Below the pieces are notes generated by a model, which saw nothing but the letters and a program-made list of their open reading frames with translations, did not search any database and had not been told where the DNA came from. The position numbers and the translations under genes are program-made. Below are positions 8,563-18,269 of a stretch of DNA of 64,000 nt, one piece after another; the stretch's first letter is position 1, and every line of letters starts with the position of its first letter. This DNA is from a virus, in the IMG/VR virus record IMGVR_UViG_3300043812_000021, positions 6,099 through 70,098 of that record. One strand, 5' to 3'.

Positions 8563-11500
8563 GTGAGCAGGCAAGAAGATACAAATATTAAGGTTACGGC
8601 TGATGTTGACCCCGCCAAAGCGAGTCTTCGAGAAATTGAGGATCTAGTTAGTTCTACCCAACAGAAGATTAATCGGGTATTTAGTACTGTACAAGATAAT
8701 AACGGTCAGATTAGTAATAAGCAGTTAGCTGGGGTTCAAAATGGCTTTGGTCGTTTGGACGAAGTTAAATCTGCTTTAGATAATGCTCTTAACCAAGCTA
8801 AGGCAACTCAAAATGGTTCTAAGCTAGAAGAAAGCATTAATACTTTAGCTCCTAAGTTAGATCTAGTTGTTAGTAGCTTAAGAGAGTTAAGATCTGGTAA
8901 TAATAGTACTAAGCTTGATTCTATCTTTAATGCTCGTACAACTACTTCTCGTGCTTTTATAGACGGGAGTGCTACTATTCGTGGTGAAGAGGGAGACTTT
9001 AGTCAACAAAACTTACATTATGAAAGTTTAGCTAGAGAAAGCCGATCTGATATTCATAATTTAGCTAGTTCGCTTAAACGTGAAATGGGTAACTTAGACG
9101 TTGGTAGGAAGTCTGGTTATATTTCACATAATCGCTATCAGCAGTACAAAGCCTCATCTCAGTCTATTCAAAGTCGTTTGCAAGAACAACGAGATCGGTT
9201 TAATTCTCCTACTGGTGATATTGCTCGTTTTGCTAGTTATTATCAAAATTTACAAACTCAAGCAAAAGAAGCTAATAATGTTGCTTCTGCACCGGGCGCA
9301 ACTACTGAGCAGGTTCGTTATGCTAGAGCTTTAGACGAACAAGTTAAGCACCTAGAAAAGGTTAATGAGCGATTTAAGAAGCAGGAAGAAGAATTACGAA
9401 CTGCCGAAAAGAATTTAGAGTCGTTTAATGATCGCCTTAATGATACTCAAGGGGTAACTATTGGCGATGATCCTAATTCTTTTATGGGTCAGCTTAATAA
9501 GCGTAAATATACTATTTTACGTGGCGCTATCTCTGCTGGGGGCGCTTCTATTGCTAGTGCCTATGCTCAAGGAAATAGTTTAAGACTTTCTAGTTTTGAT
9601 GATATTAAGTCTACTGCATATGCTAATGGTGGTAGAGATGGTGAAGTTCTTAATACTTTAGGCGACTATGGTTATAAATATGGCTATAGTGGCGCAGAGA
9701 TGGGTCAGTTTGCTAATGCTTATACTTCTACTACGGGTAATGTGGGGAGTACTAGAGATGTTGCTGGTGTTGCTCAGACGTGGGCTAGACAGTCTCGTAT
9801 CACAGGAGCTAATGCACAGAGTACCTTAGGGCTAGAACAGACTGTCGGTAATAGTGCTAATTTAAATTCTAGTCAGATGAGTAGTGTCGGTAATGCAATT
9901 ACTAACTCTATCATCAATTCTGGTATGAGTGCTAAGGCAACAGAACAGCAACAAGGATTATCTATGTTAATCCAGAATGCAAGTAATCAAGGTCTTACTG
10001 CTCGTGATGAGAAGAACTTAGCGGGATTCCAAGGTGCAATTGCTAGTGGTGGGGCACAATTCCAAGGTACACAAGGCGCTCAAAATACTATGAATCTTGC
10101 TAATACTTTAGGTAATGTTAATAACCCTAAGATGAGACAAATCTTTGCTCAGTCAGATCCAGATCGTTATGCTGGTGTAGAAGGCTCCGCTAATATGGTT
10201 TTTGATATGCAAGACCTTCAAAAGCACCCTTGGAGAATGGGTGGAGTTCTTAAAAATTATGAAAGTAATTATCAGTCCAGACGTGTAGCGGCCGCTGATT
10301 TAAGTAGAGACTCGGGCTATACTATTTCTGCTGAAACTGCTGAAAAGTGGATGAAATTAAATGATGAGGGCAAGTTAGATAAGAAACATGTAAAGCAATT
10401 AGAAGAAGCTACGGGTGCAAGTAAAGAAGGCGGGAAAGCAGATCAGGATTATGATAAGACAGGAGCTTCACAACTTCAAAAGTATAATTCTGCATTAGCT
10501 GATTCTGCTATGAAAGCTAGTCAAGCTTTAGACGGTTTACGTGGTATTATTGCTAAGGCTTATAAGGCTGGTGGTGGGTTATCTCCATTTGTTTCTGGTA
10601 TCGCTAGTGCATTTGGTGCTGGTGCTGGAAATCTTATGAGTATCTATGCTCTTGATAGGCTAAGAGGTAAAGGTGGTTCTGGGGGTGCTGGAGGGTCTGG
10701 TATCTTAGGGCGTATCTTTAAAGGTGGTAAATCATCTGTAGAAAAGGAAGCTGAAAAAGCAACTGCTAAAGCTGGAGAAGAAGCTGTTAAAACTGGTGCT
10801 AAATCAGTTTCCCGTTCTGGTATCAAAGCTACTGCTTCTAGTGTCTTAAAGTCTAGTAAGTTAAGAGGTTTAGTTCGTGGTGCTAAAGCTGGGTTGCCGG
10901 GTATTGGTGACTTAGTCTTTGGTGGTTTAGACTTAGCCACCTCTGTTGCAACTACTAAGAAAGGTACTAAAGCTCGTAGAAAGGCTGTTGGTTCTAGCTT
11001 AGGCTCATCTGCTGGTAGTGTTGCCGGTGGGGTTGTTGGTGGACTGATAGGTTCAATTTTCCCCGGTGCTGGTACTGCGGTTGGTGCGGTTGCTGGTAGT
11101 GTAGCTGGTGGCTGGTTAGGTGATAAGTTTGGTGGTTTCCTTGGTGGTAAGATAGGTAAGTCTAAGGATAAAGCTATTAATAAAGCTAAAGGACAATCAC
11201 TTAGAGACGCTCGTAAGACTGCAAGTAAGTATAATAAGTCTGGTGGCGTACTAAGAGGTATTCTAAAGAATGGTAAGCGATTCTTACCGGGGGTTGCTCT
11301 TGGTATTGCAGGCTTAGGCTTAATGGACGATTTCTTTGGGGGTAAAGCTAAAGCTTCCTCAAAGAAGGGCAGTGAGAAATCAGAAGCATGGCGTATTTTG
11401 CGTGGCTATGATAAAATGCTTGATCATGCTATGCGAGTAGTTCAATCTGCTAAGTCTATTAAGAACGGTGGAGATTCTAGTTCTAAGAGTGACGACTCAG

Positions 11501-12309
11501 ATATATCCGGTACTTCTGGTGAAGGAGAAAAGGCTATTCGGAGTGTTGCAAAAGCTATTGGTAAGAAACTCGGTGTTGACCCTAAACTAGTTTATGCACA
11601 ATTGATGCACGAAACTAATGGCGGTACTCATATGGCTGGTAAAAACAACTATGGTGGTATTGTTTATGCTGGTCAGAAAGGTGCTAAAGCTGGGTCTCAT
11701 CAGCCAGACGGTAGTGGTAATTATGCAGACTTTGATAGCCTAGACGACTTTGCTAATGCTTATGCTTCTACTCTTCAGAAGATGGGTATTAATAGTAGTA
11801 TTAAGTCTGTTAATGACTGGGCTAATCAGCTTCATAGTAAGGGTTACTTTACTGATTCTCCTGCTAATTATGCTGGGGGAATGGAAAGATTTGCTAAGCA
11901 GTATGCTGTTGGTGGTATTCGTCAATACGCTTCTGGTAGTCCTTTAATCACAGATCATCCAACTACTAATAATGGTAGTGATGTTTATGGTGAGGCTGGG
12001 ACAGAAGCTTATGTACCATTAAATGCTGGTCATTACTTTAGTGGGCTTTCTACTTTAGACGACTTAGCTGGTATCTTTGGTAAAAAGGTAGTTAATCCGG
12101 GAGTTTCTGAGTCAGGTGGAAAATCAACTACTATTAATCCAAGTTATAATATTAACCTTACGATTAATGGTGGTACTGATGATCCAGATACATTAGCCCA
12201 AACAGTGGCTAATAAAGTAAGAGAAATGCTAAGTCAATATGATAGTCAGCAAGCAATGAGTAACCAGCAAACATTCTTTGCTAATGAAACTTCTGGACTT
12301 CTAGTCTAA
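8563..12309 (+). CDS. Tape measure-like protein 2 with C-terminal glucosaminidase-like domain
   Basis: 1248 aa, collinear similarity to TMP1; C-terminal AQLMHETNGG...NNYGGI...DFDSLDD resembles FlgJ/GH73-type hydrolases. Confidence 0.8.
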   Translation: MSRQEDTNIKVTADVDPAKASLREIEDLVSSTQQKINRVFSTVQDNNGQISNKQLAGVQNGFGRLDEVKSALDNALNQAKATQNGSKLEESINTLAPKLDLVVSSLRELRSGNNSTKLDSIFNARTTTSRAFIDGSATIRGEEGDFSQQNLHYESLARESRSDIHNLASSLKREMGNLDVGRKSGYISHNRYQQYKASSQSIQSRLQEQRDRFNSPTGDIARFASYYQNLQTQAKEANNVASAPGATTEQVRYARALDEQVKHLEKVNERFKKQEEELRTAEKNLESFNDRLNDTQGVTIGDDPNSFMGQLNKRKYTILRGAISAGGASIASAYAQGNSLRLSSFDDIKSTAYANGGRDGEVLNTLGDYGYKYGYSGAEMGQFANAYTSTTGNVGSTRDVAGVAQTWARQSRITGANAQSTLGLEQTVGNSANLNSSQMSSVGNAITNSIINSGMSAKATEQQQGLSMLIQNASNQGLTARDEKNLAGFQGAIASGGAQFQGTQGAQNTMNLANTLGNVNNPKMRQIFAQSDPDRYAGVEGSANMVFDMQDLQKHPWRMGGVLKNYESNYQSRRVAAADLSRDSGYTISAETAEKWMKLNDEGKLDKKHVKQLEEATGASKEGGKADQDYDKTGASQLQKYNSALADSAMKASQALDGLRGIIAKAYKAGGGLSPFVSGIASAFGAGAGNLMSIYALDRLRGKGGSGGAGGSGILGRIFKGGKSSVEKEAEKATAKAGEEAVKTGAKSVSRSGIKATASSVLKSSKLRGLVRGAKAGLPGIGDLVFGGLDLATSVATTKKGTKARRKAVGSSLGSSAGSVAGGVVGGLIGSIFPGAGTAVGAVAGSVAGGWLGDKFGGFLGGKIGKSKDKAINKAKGQSLRDARKTASKYNKSGGVLRGILKNGKRFLPGVALGIAGLGLMDDFFGGKAKASSKKGSEKSEAWRILRGYDKMLDHAMRVVQSAKSIKNGGDSSSKSDDSDISGTSGEGEKAIRSVAKAIGKKLGVDPKLVYAQLMHETNGGTHMAGKNNYGGIVYAGQKGAKAGSHQPDGSGNYADFDSLDDFANAYASTLQKMGINSSIKSVNDWANQLHSKGYFTDSPANYAGGMERFAKQYAVGGIRQYASGSPLITDHPTTNNGSDVYGEAGTEAYVPLNAGHYFSGLSTLDDLAGIFGKKVVNPGVSESGGKSTTINPSYNINLTINGGTDDPDTLAQTVANKVREMLSQYDSQQAMSNQQTFFANETSGLLV

Positions 12310-12350
12310 ATGAAGTTATAATTTAGTTGAACATTTGTTAATACACACCC

Positions 12351-12388
12351 AAAAATCCTCTATGTTTCAGACGTACATAGGGGATTTT
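12351..12388 (+). terminator. Rho-independent terminator after TMP2
   Basis: AATCCTCTATGT...ACATAGGGGATT stem followed by TT; TATATTA at 12393-12399. Confidence 0.7.
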
Positions 12389-12414
12389 GATTTATATTAA
12401 AACTAAATAAAGGG

Positions 12415-15400
12415 GTGAAAATTTTGCCAAAAATAGATATTGGTGCTTATCGACAAGTAGCAAGTAAAAAGAAGAAACCTTTTCATGTAGACTCTAAGTC
12501 TGCTGGACAAGCACTAGATCATAAACAAATTAAATCACATATAGATGTAGGTGCTTATGGTGGAGTATCAGACGCTTATAAGAATAAAGGTCATAAGTCT
12601 GGTTCTTCTAAAGGCGGGGACGATAAAGATATTTCAAAGGCTGATGAAAACTATAAACAAATAATGCAGGAGTCTTTGAATTTAATACAAACTCCTACCC
12701 CTCGTTATCCTACTCATATAGACCATAAGCCGGGTGATATAGCTAAATATGGTTCTATTTCAACGTCTGGTTATTTACAGGTAACGGTAGCAACTATTTC
12801 ACGTACTTATCCTTTAGTCCCCCGTTCTGTATCTCATCAAATTCCAGATGACACACAAGATAAATTAATTGCTGATTTAATTTCAGTGCAAGTACAAAAT
12901 GATATGCAAAATGATATTCCAACTTTGACTATGATTTTAGGCAATAGTCATGATTGGTCTTCCCTTTTTGCTGTTAATGATTTAATTCGGGTAGACTATA
13001 TCTTACCAGACAAACAGTATCGTCAATTTGATAAGTGTATTTATACTGGTTTAGTTTCTAATTTAACTCGTAATGCTAATTACAATGGAGCGCAAGAAAC
13101 TTATACGGTTGTAGGTCAAGGTATGGCTAAGATTATGAGTAATATTCAGTTGTCTACTTTTTCTGATTTGCAGTCTAACCTTAATGGTTATCAACTGCTC
13201 CCAGACGATGAAAAGACGGGGATTGGTTTTAAGCAACATACGTCTGCTAATATTATTAAGCAGATTATTAATCGATTTGTTTTACAAAATCAAGGTGGAG
13301 TAAATACCTATGATTACTTAAATGGTCAAGGTGGTCGAGATATTACTGATCGGGCTACTCCAGTTAAAGCAGGTGTAGTTAATGATTTTATGGGTCAACC
13401 AAAGAGCCAAGCTGATTATCAAGCTTATTTAGATTCTTTACCAGATAAGAATGGTAATACCGCCGATGGTTCAGACCAGAATTCAGATACAGACCAGAAT
13501 GGGAAGAATAATGATCCAGAAACTAATAATCAAGTTAGTTGGTTAAATATCCCCATGCAGGTATCGGAAAATGGAGAATTACCTATTCAGAACTTAATTG
13601 AGTTTTATATCTACGAGAATTTAGACGAGTCCTACCCAGACGCAGGCCCAAGCAATCCATTCTTAAATTATAATGGTTCCATTCTCCAGTTTATTAAAGA
13701 CGTTTCTGCTAAGCCTTTTAATGAAATGTATTGGACTCATGATCGTGGGTTAGCTACTTTTAATTACCGCCCTACACCGTTTGATCCCGAAAATTGGATG
13801 GGCTTGCCTGTTAATGAAATTGCTCCCGGTGATATTATGAGTGTTAATATCCAAAACAATGACCAAGAGCAGGCTTCAATTTTTAAGCTTACTCCTACAC
13901 AAGGTATGGGTATTGACCAGTATGATGGTGGTTTTACAGGGAATATGGCACCCTTAACTAATATGGACCTTATTCACCGTTATGGTTATAAGTTAATGAA
14001 TGTACAGGTTGATTACTTTAATGGGAATAAACAAGAGGATCCACTGTCACAAGTAACAGCAGGGACGACTAATGCAGACAGTGAAGCTATGAAAGGGTGG
14101 ACTCAAGAAGAAGCTATGCTTCATGCTCCTTATTACACATCTGTAGTTGATGCTTTTTATTATACTAGTGGACGTAAGGCTAACGGAGAAGATATTTCTA
14201 TTCCTAAAGAAGCTGGTGGATCTGCTCAGTATAATGCTGTAAATGAAGCGATTAAAGCTTCTGGTAATGCTTATGATTTTGCTCGTTCGGTTGCTGGGTT
14301 AGGAATTAGTCAAGAAGACGCTAATACACTATGGACAATGCGTAATCACTTTAATCGCACTAGCTACCTTAGTGTGATGATGCCTAATTACACTCCTACT
14401 AATACAGCTATTTCTAAGAATTCTAAGTATTTAAAGAGTTATGATCGGATGGCTAAAAACCCTGAAAAAGCGGCTGGTGAGTTGATTGACGAAATGGGTT
14501 ATACAATTGGACCAGAACAGGCTTGGGAAATTGTACAGTCTGCTTTAGCTAATGGGGGTAAGCCTAGTGAGGCTGATTATGACCGGATTATGAATTCAGT
14601 TCCTTTTGACCAAGGACATGATGGTATTAATGGATCACCAGATAGTGGTCAGCAATCTGTACCTTTCTTATTCCTTAGATATACCCAGAAATTATTTGAT
14701 TGGTACGCAGATAATGCTAAGTTCTATTCTGGCACGATTACTTTAGGATCGCTTTCTACACCAATGGTAGATTGGATTGGTGAGCGGGTAATGTTTTATG
14801 ATGACCCTTCTGGTGTCTGGTGGGAATTTTACTGTGAGGGTGTAACTACTAGCTGGAGTTATGCTAATGGTTTACAGGTTACATTGAATGTTACTCGTGG
14901 TGTTCCTTTAAGATCTGAAACAGGCGACTTTTACCGTAGATTTACTGAACCTTGGAGTTTTAAGGGTAAATTTACTCGTTTCCTAGGTGGTTACTTTGGT
15001 GAACAAAATCTTGCTACTGCTATTTCTAATGCAAGTAAAGACAGTGGGGGAGATAGTGGCGGAAAAGGTTCTGGAGACCTTATAGAAAAAGCTAAGGATA
15101 TTATGAATAATGAAAATTGGAGTTATTCACAACCTATGCGTACGGACTTTCGCAAGAATGGTCATGCGGATTGTTCAAGTTTTGTCTGGTATGTATGTAA
15201 TGCTTGTGGGTATGATGTAGGTTCATCTGCTTTTACAACTTATACTGAACCTAGTATTTTAGACGAAATTAGTGCTGATGATACTGGTTCGGGGTCTATT
15301 GTTGTTAATGATAATGGTGGTAATTCACACACTGCTTTTCTTGAAGAGAAGTGGAAGGGTGATGATACAGCAATCATTAATATGGGTGGTCGAGACAATC

Positions 15401-15495
15401 ACGGTGGACCTAGTGGAGATGTTAATGAAGACACCTATGGAATGGCTTTTGCTAAAGGTGGGACAATAAAATTTTATAAGCCAAAAAAGAAGTAA
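12415..15495 (+). CDS. Baseplate hub / tail-associated lysin with C-terminal NlpC/P60 domain
   Basis: 1026 aa after TMPs; hub-like N-terminal part; C-terminal DCSSFVWYV plus downstream HTA (NlpC/P60 Cys-His). Confidence 0.75.
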   Translation: MKILPKIDIGAYRQVASKKKKPFHVDSKSAGQALDHKQIKSHIDVGAYGGVSDAYKNKGHKSGSSKGGDDKDISKADENYKQIMQESLNLIQTPTPRYPTHIDHKPGDIAKYGSISTSGYLQVTVATISRTYPLVPRSVSHQIPDDTQDKLIADLISVQVQNDMQNDIPTLTMILGNSHDWSSLFAVNDLIRVDYILPDKQYRQFDKCIYTGLVSNLTRNANYNGAQETYTVVGQGMAKIMSNIQLSTFSDLQSNLNGYQLLPDDEKTGIGFKQHTSANIIKQIINRFVLQNQGGVNTYDYLNGQGGRDITDRATPVKAGVVNDFMGQPKSQADYQAYLDSLPDKNGNTADGSDQNSDTDQNGKNNDPETNNQVSWLNIPMQVSENGELPIQNLIEFYIYENLDESYPDAGPSNPFLNYNGSILQFIKDVSAKPFNEMYWTHDRGLATFNYRPTPFDPENWMGLPVNEIAPGDIMSVNIQNNDQEQASIFKLTPTQGMGIDQYDGGFTGNMAPLTNMDLIHRYGYKLMNVQVDYFNGNKQEDPLSQVTAGTTNADSEAMKGWTQEEAMLHAPYYTSVVDAFYYTSGRKANGEDISIPKEAGGSAQYNAVNEAIKASGNAYDFARSVAGLGISQEDANTLWTMRNHFNRTSYLSVMMPNYTPTNTAISKNSKYLKSYDRMAKNPEKAAGELIDEMGYTIGPEQAWEIVQSALANGGKPSEADYDRIMNSVPFDQGHDGINGSPDSGQQSVPFLFLRYTQKLFDWYADNAKFYSGTITLGSLSTPMVDWIGERVMFYDDPSGVWWEFYCEGVTTSWSYANGLQVTLNVTRGVPLRSETGDFYRRFTEPWSFKGKFTRFLGGYFGEQNLATAISNASKDSGGDSGGKGSGDLIEKAKDIMNNENWSYSQPMRTDFRKNGHADCSSFVWYVCNACGYDVGSSAFTTYTEPSILDEISADDTGSGSIVVNDNGGNSHTAFLEEKWKGDDTAIINMGGRDNHGGPSGDVNEDTYGMAFAKGGTIKFYKPKKK

Positions 15496-15534
15496 GATTG
15501 AATTGAATTGATTTGATTAGGATTCCTTATTAAG

Positions 15535-15566
15535 AAATAGAGAATTTAACTTCTCTATTTTTTTTT
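15535..15566 (+). terminator. Rho-independent terminator
   Basis: AAATAGAGAA-tttaac-TTCTCTATTT plus long T-run. Confidence 0.75.
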
Positions 15567-15620
15567 AAATTTTTGCTATCAAGTTGTGATATAATAATTT
15601 TAGTTTAAAAGTGAAAGAAG

Positions 15621-16382
15621 TTGTTGCTAATTAAAGCTAGGCGGGGAAAGTGGTTGTTAGCTGGATTAGCTACTATCTCATTAGGAGCTTTATCGGTTAC
15701 AGTCCATGCAGATACTCAAAATGTACAAGATAATGCTAATGTGTTATCAGCAAAGACTGAACGTTATATTGATAAGGTTAATAATGATGATATGGCTAAG
15801 ATCAAAGGTCATCCGCAGATTGCTGTAATTACTGAAAAACACGTAAGCAGTAAGTATGATGATATAGAAGATCAAGCACAAGCACTTTTCAATAAATATA
15901 AGTTTGGTCGTTCTGGTTATGATAATGGTGTACTATTTTTGATTGCAACTAAAGATCATAAATTTAGAATGCAAACTGGTTATGGGATTGAAAGCGTGTT
16001 ACCAGACGCTTACTTATATAAGCTATTAACCCCAGACGTTAAGAAAGATTTTAAGCAAAATGATTTTAATGCGGGGGTTACTACTGTAGTTAAGCGTACG
16101 TCTTCTAAGATTGTTAGGGATCAGAATAATTTAAGATCTGCTAATAAGGTTGAACAGCATAATAAGAATGAGATCTGGTTATTTATTATTTTTGGTATCT
16201 TCATTATAGGTTTTGCAGGTATTATTTTCGCAATTATTCTTTCTGATGAAGGTGGCGGATCTGGTTCTGGAGGGTTTTACTCTGGTTCTAGTTCTGATTC
16301 TGGTTCTGGTTTCTCTAGCGGGGGAGATTTTGGTGGTTTCGGCGGATTTTCCGGCGGTGGTGGTGCTACCGGTGGTTGGTAA
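15621..16382 (+). CDS. TPM-domain (YgcG/DUF477-like) membrane protein
   Basis: Signal peptide, DNANVLS...DNGVLFLIA...TGYGIESVLPD motif, TM helix, Gly-rich tail ending GGGGATGGW. Confidence 0.85.
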   Translation: MLLIKARRGKWLLAGLATISLGALSVTVHADTQNVQDNANVLSAKTERYIDKVNNDDMAKIKGHPQIAVITEKHVSSKYDDIEDQAQALFNKYKFGRSGYDNGVLFLIATKDHKFRMQTGYGIESVLPDAYLYKLLTPDVKKDFKQNDFNAGVTTVVKRTSSKIVRDQNNLRSANKVEQHNKNEIWLFIIFGIFIIGFAGIIFAIILSDEGGGSGSGGFYSGSSSDSGSGFSSGGDFGGFGGFSGGGGATGGW

Positions 16383-16399
16383 TAGAAAGGAGTATTGTA

Positions 16400-16765
16400 A
16401 TGACTAATAAGTATGGTTATCCTACAGACAGTACATGGAAGCAAAATTATGTAAATATGTTTTTGATCGAACATCCAGATCTTAGATTACAATTTGTTGC
16501 CTTACCTTTGGATACTCAATATACAATGGCTATGAGTTATCAAGATCACGTAGGTGAATATTCTAATACCTTATTAGACGATGAAGACGATGAATTAACT
16601 CCTCGTGTTAATAAGTCTGGATATTCTAGCTCTTCTTATGATTCTTATAATGATTCATCGGCGGATCTTTATGACGATTTTGGTACTTTTAGCTCAGATT
16701 CATTTGACTCTTTTGGTGGAGATGGGGGTCTCTCTGGTGGTGGCGGAGCAGACGGAAGTTGGTAA
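16400..16765 (+). CDS. Acidic protein with TPM-type Gly-rich C-terminal tail
   Basis: RBS AAAGGAG then ATG 16400; ends GLSGGGGADGSW. Confidence 0.7.
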   Translation: MTNKYGYPTDSTWKQNYVNMFLIEHPDLRLQFVALPLDTQYTMAMSYQDHVGEYSNTLLDDEDDELTPRVNKSGYSSSSYDSYNDSSADLYDDFGTFSSDSFDSFGGDGGLSGGGGADGSW

Positions 16766-16779
16766 AGTGAGGTTTAAAT

Positions 16780-17352
16780 ATGAAGAAGTCTAATATTATT
16801 TTGTGGAGTGTAATTGGTGTAGTTGTTATTATAGGTCTTTGGTTTGTAGGGATTAGCAACCATATTAATAACCAGAAGCAGGATTGTGAACAGCAGTGGA
16901 GTCAAATTGAAAATGTTATGCAAAGACGATATGATCTGATTCCTAATCTTACGGCTAGTGTAAAAGGCTCTATGAGGCAAGAACAAAAAGTCTTTGGTGA
17001 TATTGCTAAGGCACGTGAAGCCTATAACTCTGCTAATACTCCAAAGGAAAAGATGAAAGCTGATAGCCAGCTTAATCAGTCTACTGGAGTATTAATTAAT
17101 GTAATTCATGAACGCTACCCTAAGTTAGAATCTAATAAGAATGTTCAAGTATTAATGACCCAGTTAGAGGGAACAGAAAATCGCATTGCTACTGAACGAC
17201 AAAACTACATTAGCGATGTTCGGGCTTACAATCAATCAATTGTTAATTTCCCATCTTCTATGGTAGCTAATATGAAAGGCGCTAAGCCTATTTCTTATTA
17301 CCAAGCAGATAAGAACGCTCAGACAGCTCCTAAGGTTAACTTGGATAATTAG
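16780..17352 (+). CDS. lemA: LemA family protein
   Basis: N-terminal TM; WSQIENVMQRRYDLIPNL, YPKLESN, LEGTENRIATERQNY and NFPS motifs. Confidence 0.92.
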   Translation: MKKSNIILWSVIGVVVIIGLWFVGISNHINNQKQDCEQQWSQIENVMQRRYDLIPNLTASVKGSMRQEQKVFGDIAKAREAYNSANTPKEKMKADSQLNQSTGVLINVIHERYPKLESNKNVQVLMTQLEGTENRIATERQNYISDVRAYNQSIVNFPSSMVANMKGAKPISYYQADKNAQTAPKVNLDN

Positions 17353-17417
17353 CTATAGAAAAAAGAAAAAAAAACAAACTCTTTATACTGAATAAAAAAG
17401 TATAAGGAGTTTTTATT

Positions 17418-18167
17418 ATGCTCGAATATCATAATCAAAATTTTAATACACCTAAGCAAACTACTATAGGAGGTCAATTAAAATCTCTAGGAGATAAGTT
17501 TCGGAAAGTTGCTAATTTAGATAAGAATAATGCCCTAACTTTAAATGATATGGACGGGTTAATGAACCATGTAACTATTCCTACTAATCCCAATATGTTT
17601 AAGAATACTAAAGACTTTGATAATTTAACTGGTACGTTTAGGGCTAATAATAATAAATGGGGTAATTTTGGTCCCACAGGAGCTATTGTTCCTTTAGGAG
17701 ATAGACTATATAATAATAAGGACATTAAGACTTCTGTTTATCATTTCTATACAACTCCAAATGGTCTCCCTTCGAACGAGGGACTTAGATATGATGGATA
17801 CTTGCCCCTTAAGAAAGGTCATGTATATACAATTAGTTTCTACTTATGTCATCAAGAGTTTACCGGTTTATATGACGGACATCCAGATACATGGAATGAT
17901 GGTTGGATTAATTATCCTTTTTGCTTCTATGGATTGTATACATCTAATAAAAACGATGGACAACCCTTAATCCAAGTGGATAGAATTAATAGAGATTGGA
18001 AACAATATTGCTTAAGTTTTGTTGCTCCAGTAGACTCTGATCCTAATACTGATATATCTTGGTGGTTTCAATCTTATGGTGTTACTCAGAATTATCCCGG
18101 CGGTTCACTATATATTGCTAATATTAAAATGGAAGAGGGAGACTTGGCTACGCTGTGGTGTGAATAA
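17418..18167 (+). CDS. Stand-alone carbohydrate-binding-module-like protein
   Basis: Ends IKMEEGDLATLWCE, matching the K(L/M)ExGxxATxW end motif in the spike (KLEKGSVATPW) and in 40956 (YIEDGNEATEW). Confidence 0.55.
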   Translation: MLEYHNQNFNTPKQTTIGGQLKSLGDKFRKVANLDKNNALTLNDMDGLMNHVTIPTNPNMFKNTKDFDNLTGTFRANNNKWGNFGPTGAIVPLGDRLYNNKDIKTSVYHFYTTPNGLPSNEGLRYDGYLPLKKGHVYTISFYLCHQEFTGLYDGHPDTWNDGWINYPFCFYGLYTSNKNDGQPLIQVDRINRDWKQYCLSFVAPVDSDPNTDISWWFQSYGVTQNYPGGSLYIANIKMEEGDLATLWCE

Positions 18168-18228
18168 GCTTGACTTTTGTTAGCTAAGGTATTAATATAA
18201 GTGTATAGCATATCAATCTTTATTTTTT

Positions 18229-18254
18229 AGCTAGGCTTTGGCTTAGCTTTTTTC
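18229..18254 (+). terminator. Rho-independent terminator
   Basis: AGCTAGGC-tttg-GCTTAGCT plus T-run. Confidence 0.65.
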
Positions 18255-18269
18255 TTTTTGTATTTTTTG

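Noticed and set aside
15496-15525. Six degenerate pentamers (GATTG/AATTG)
   Set aside because: Too short and degenerate, with no spacers; not a CRISPR array and no evident function.
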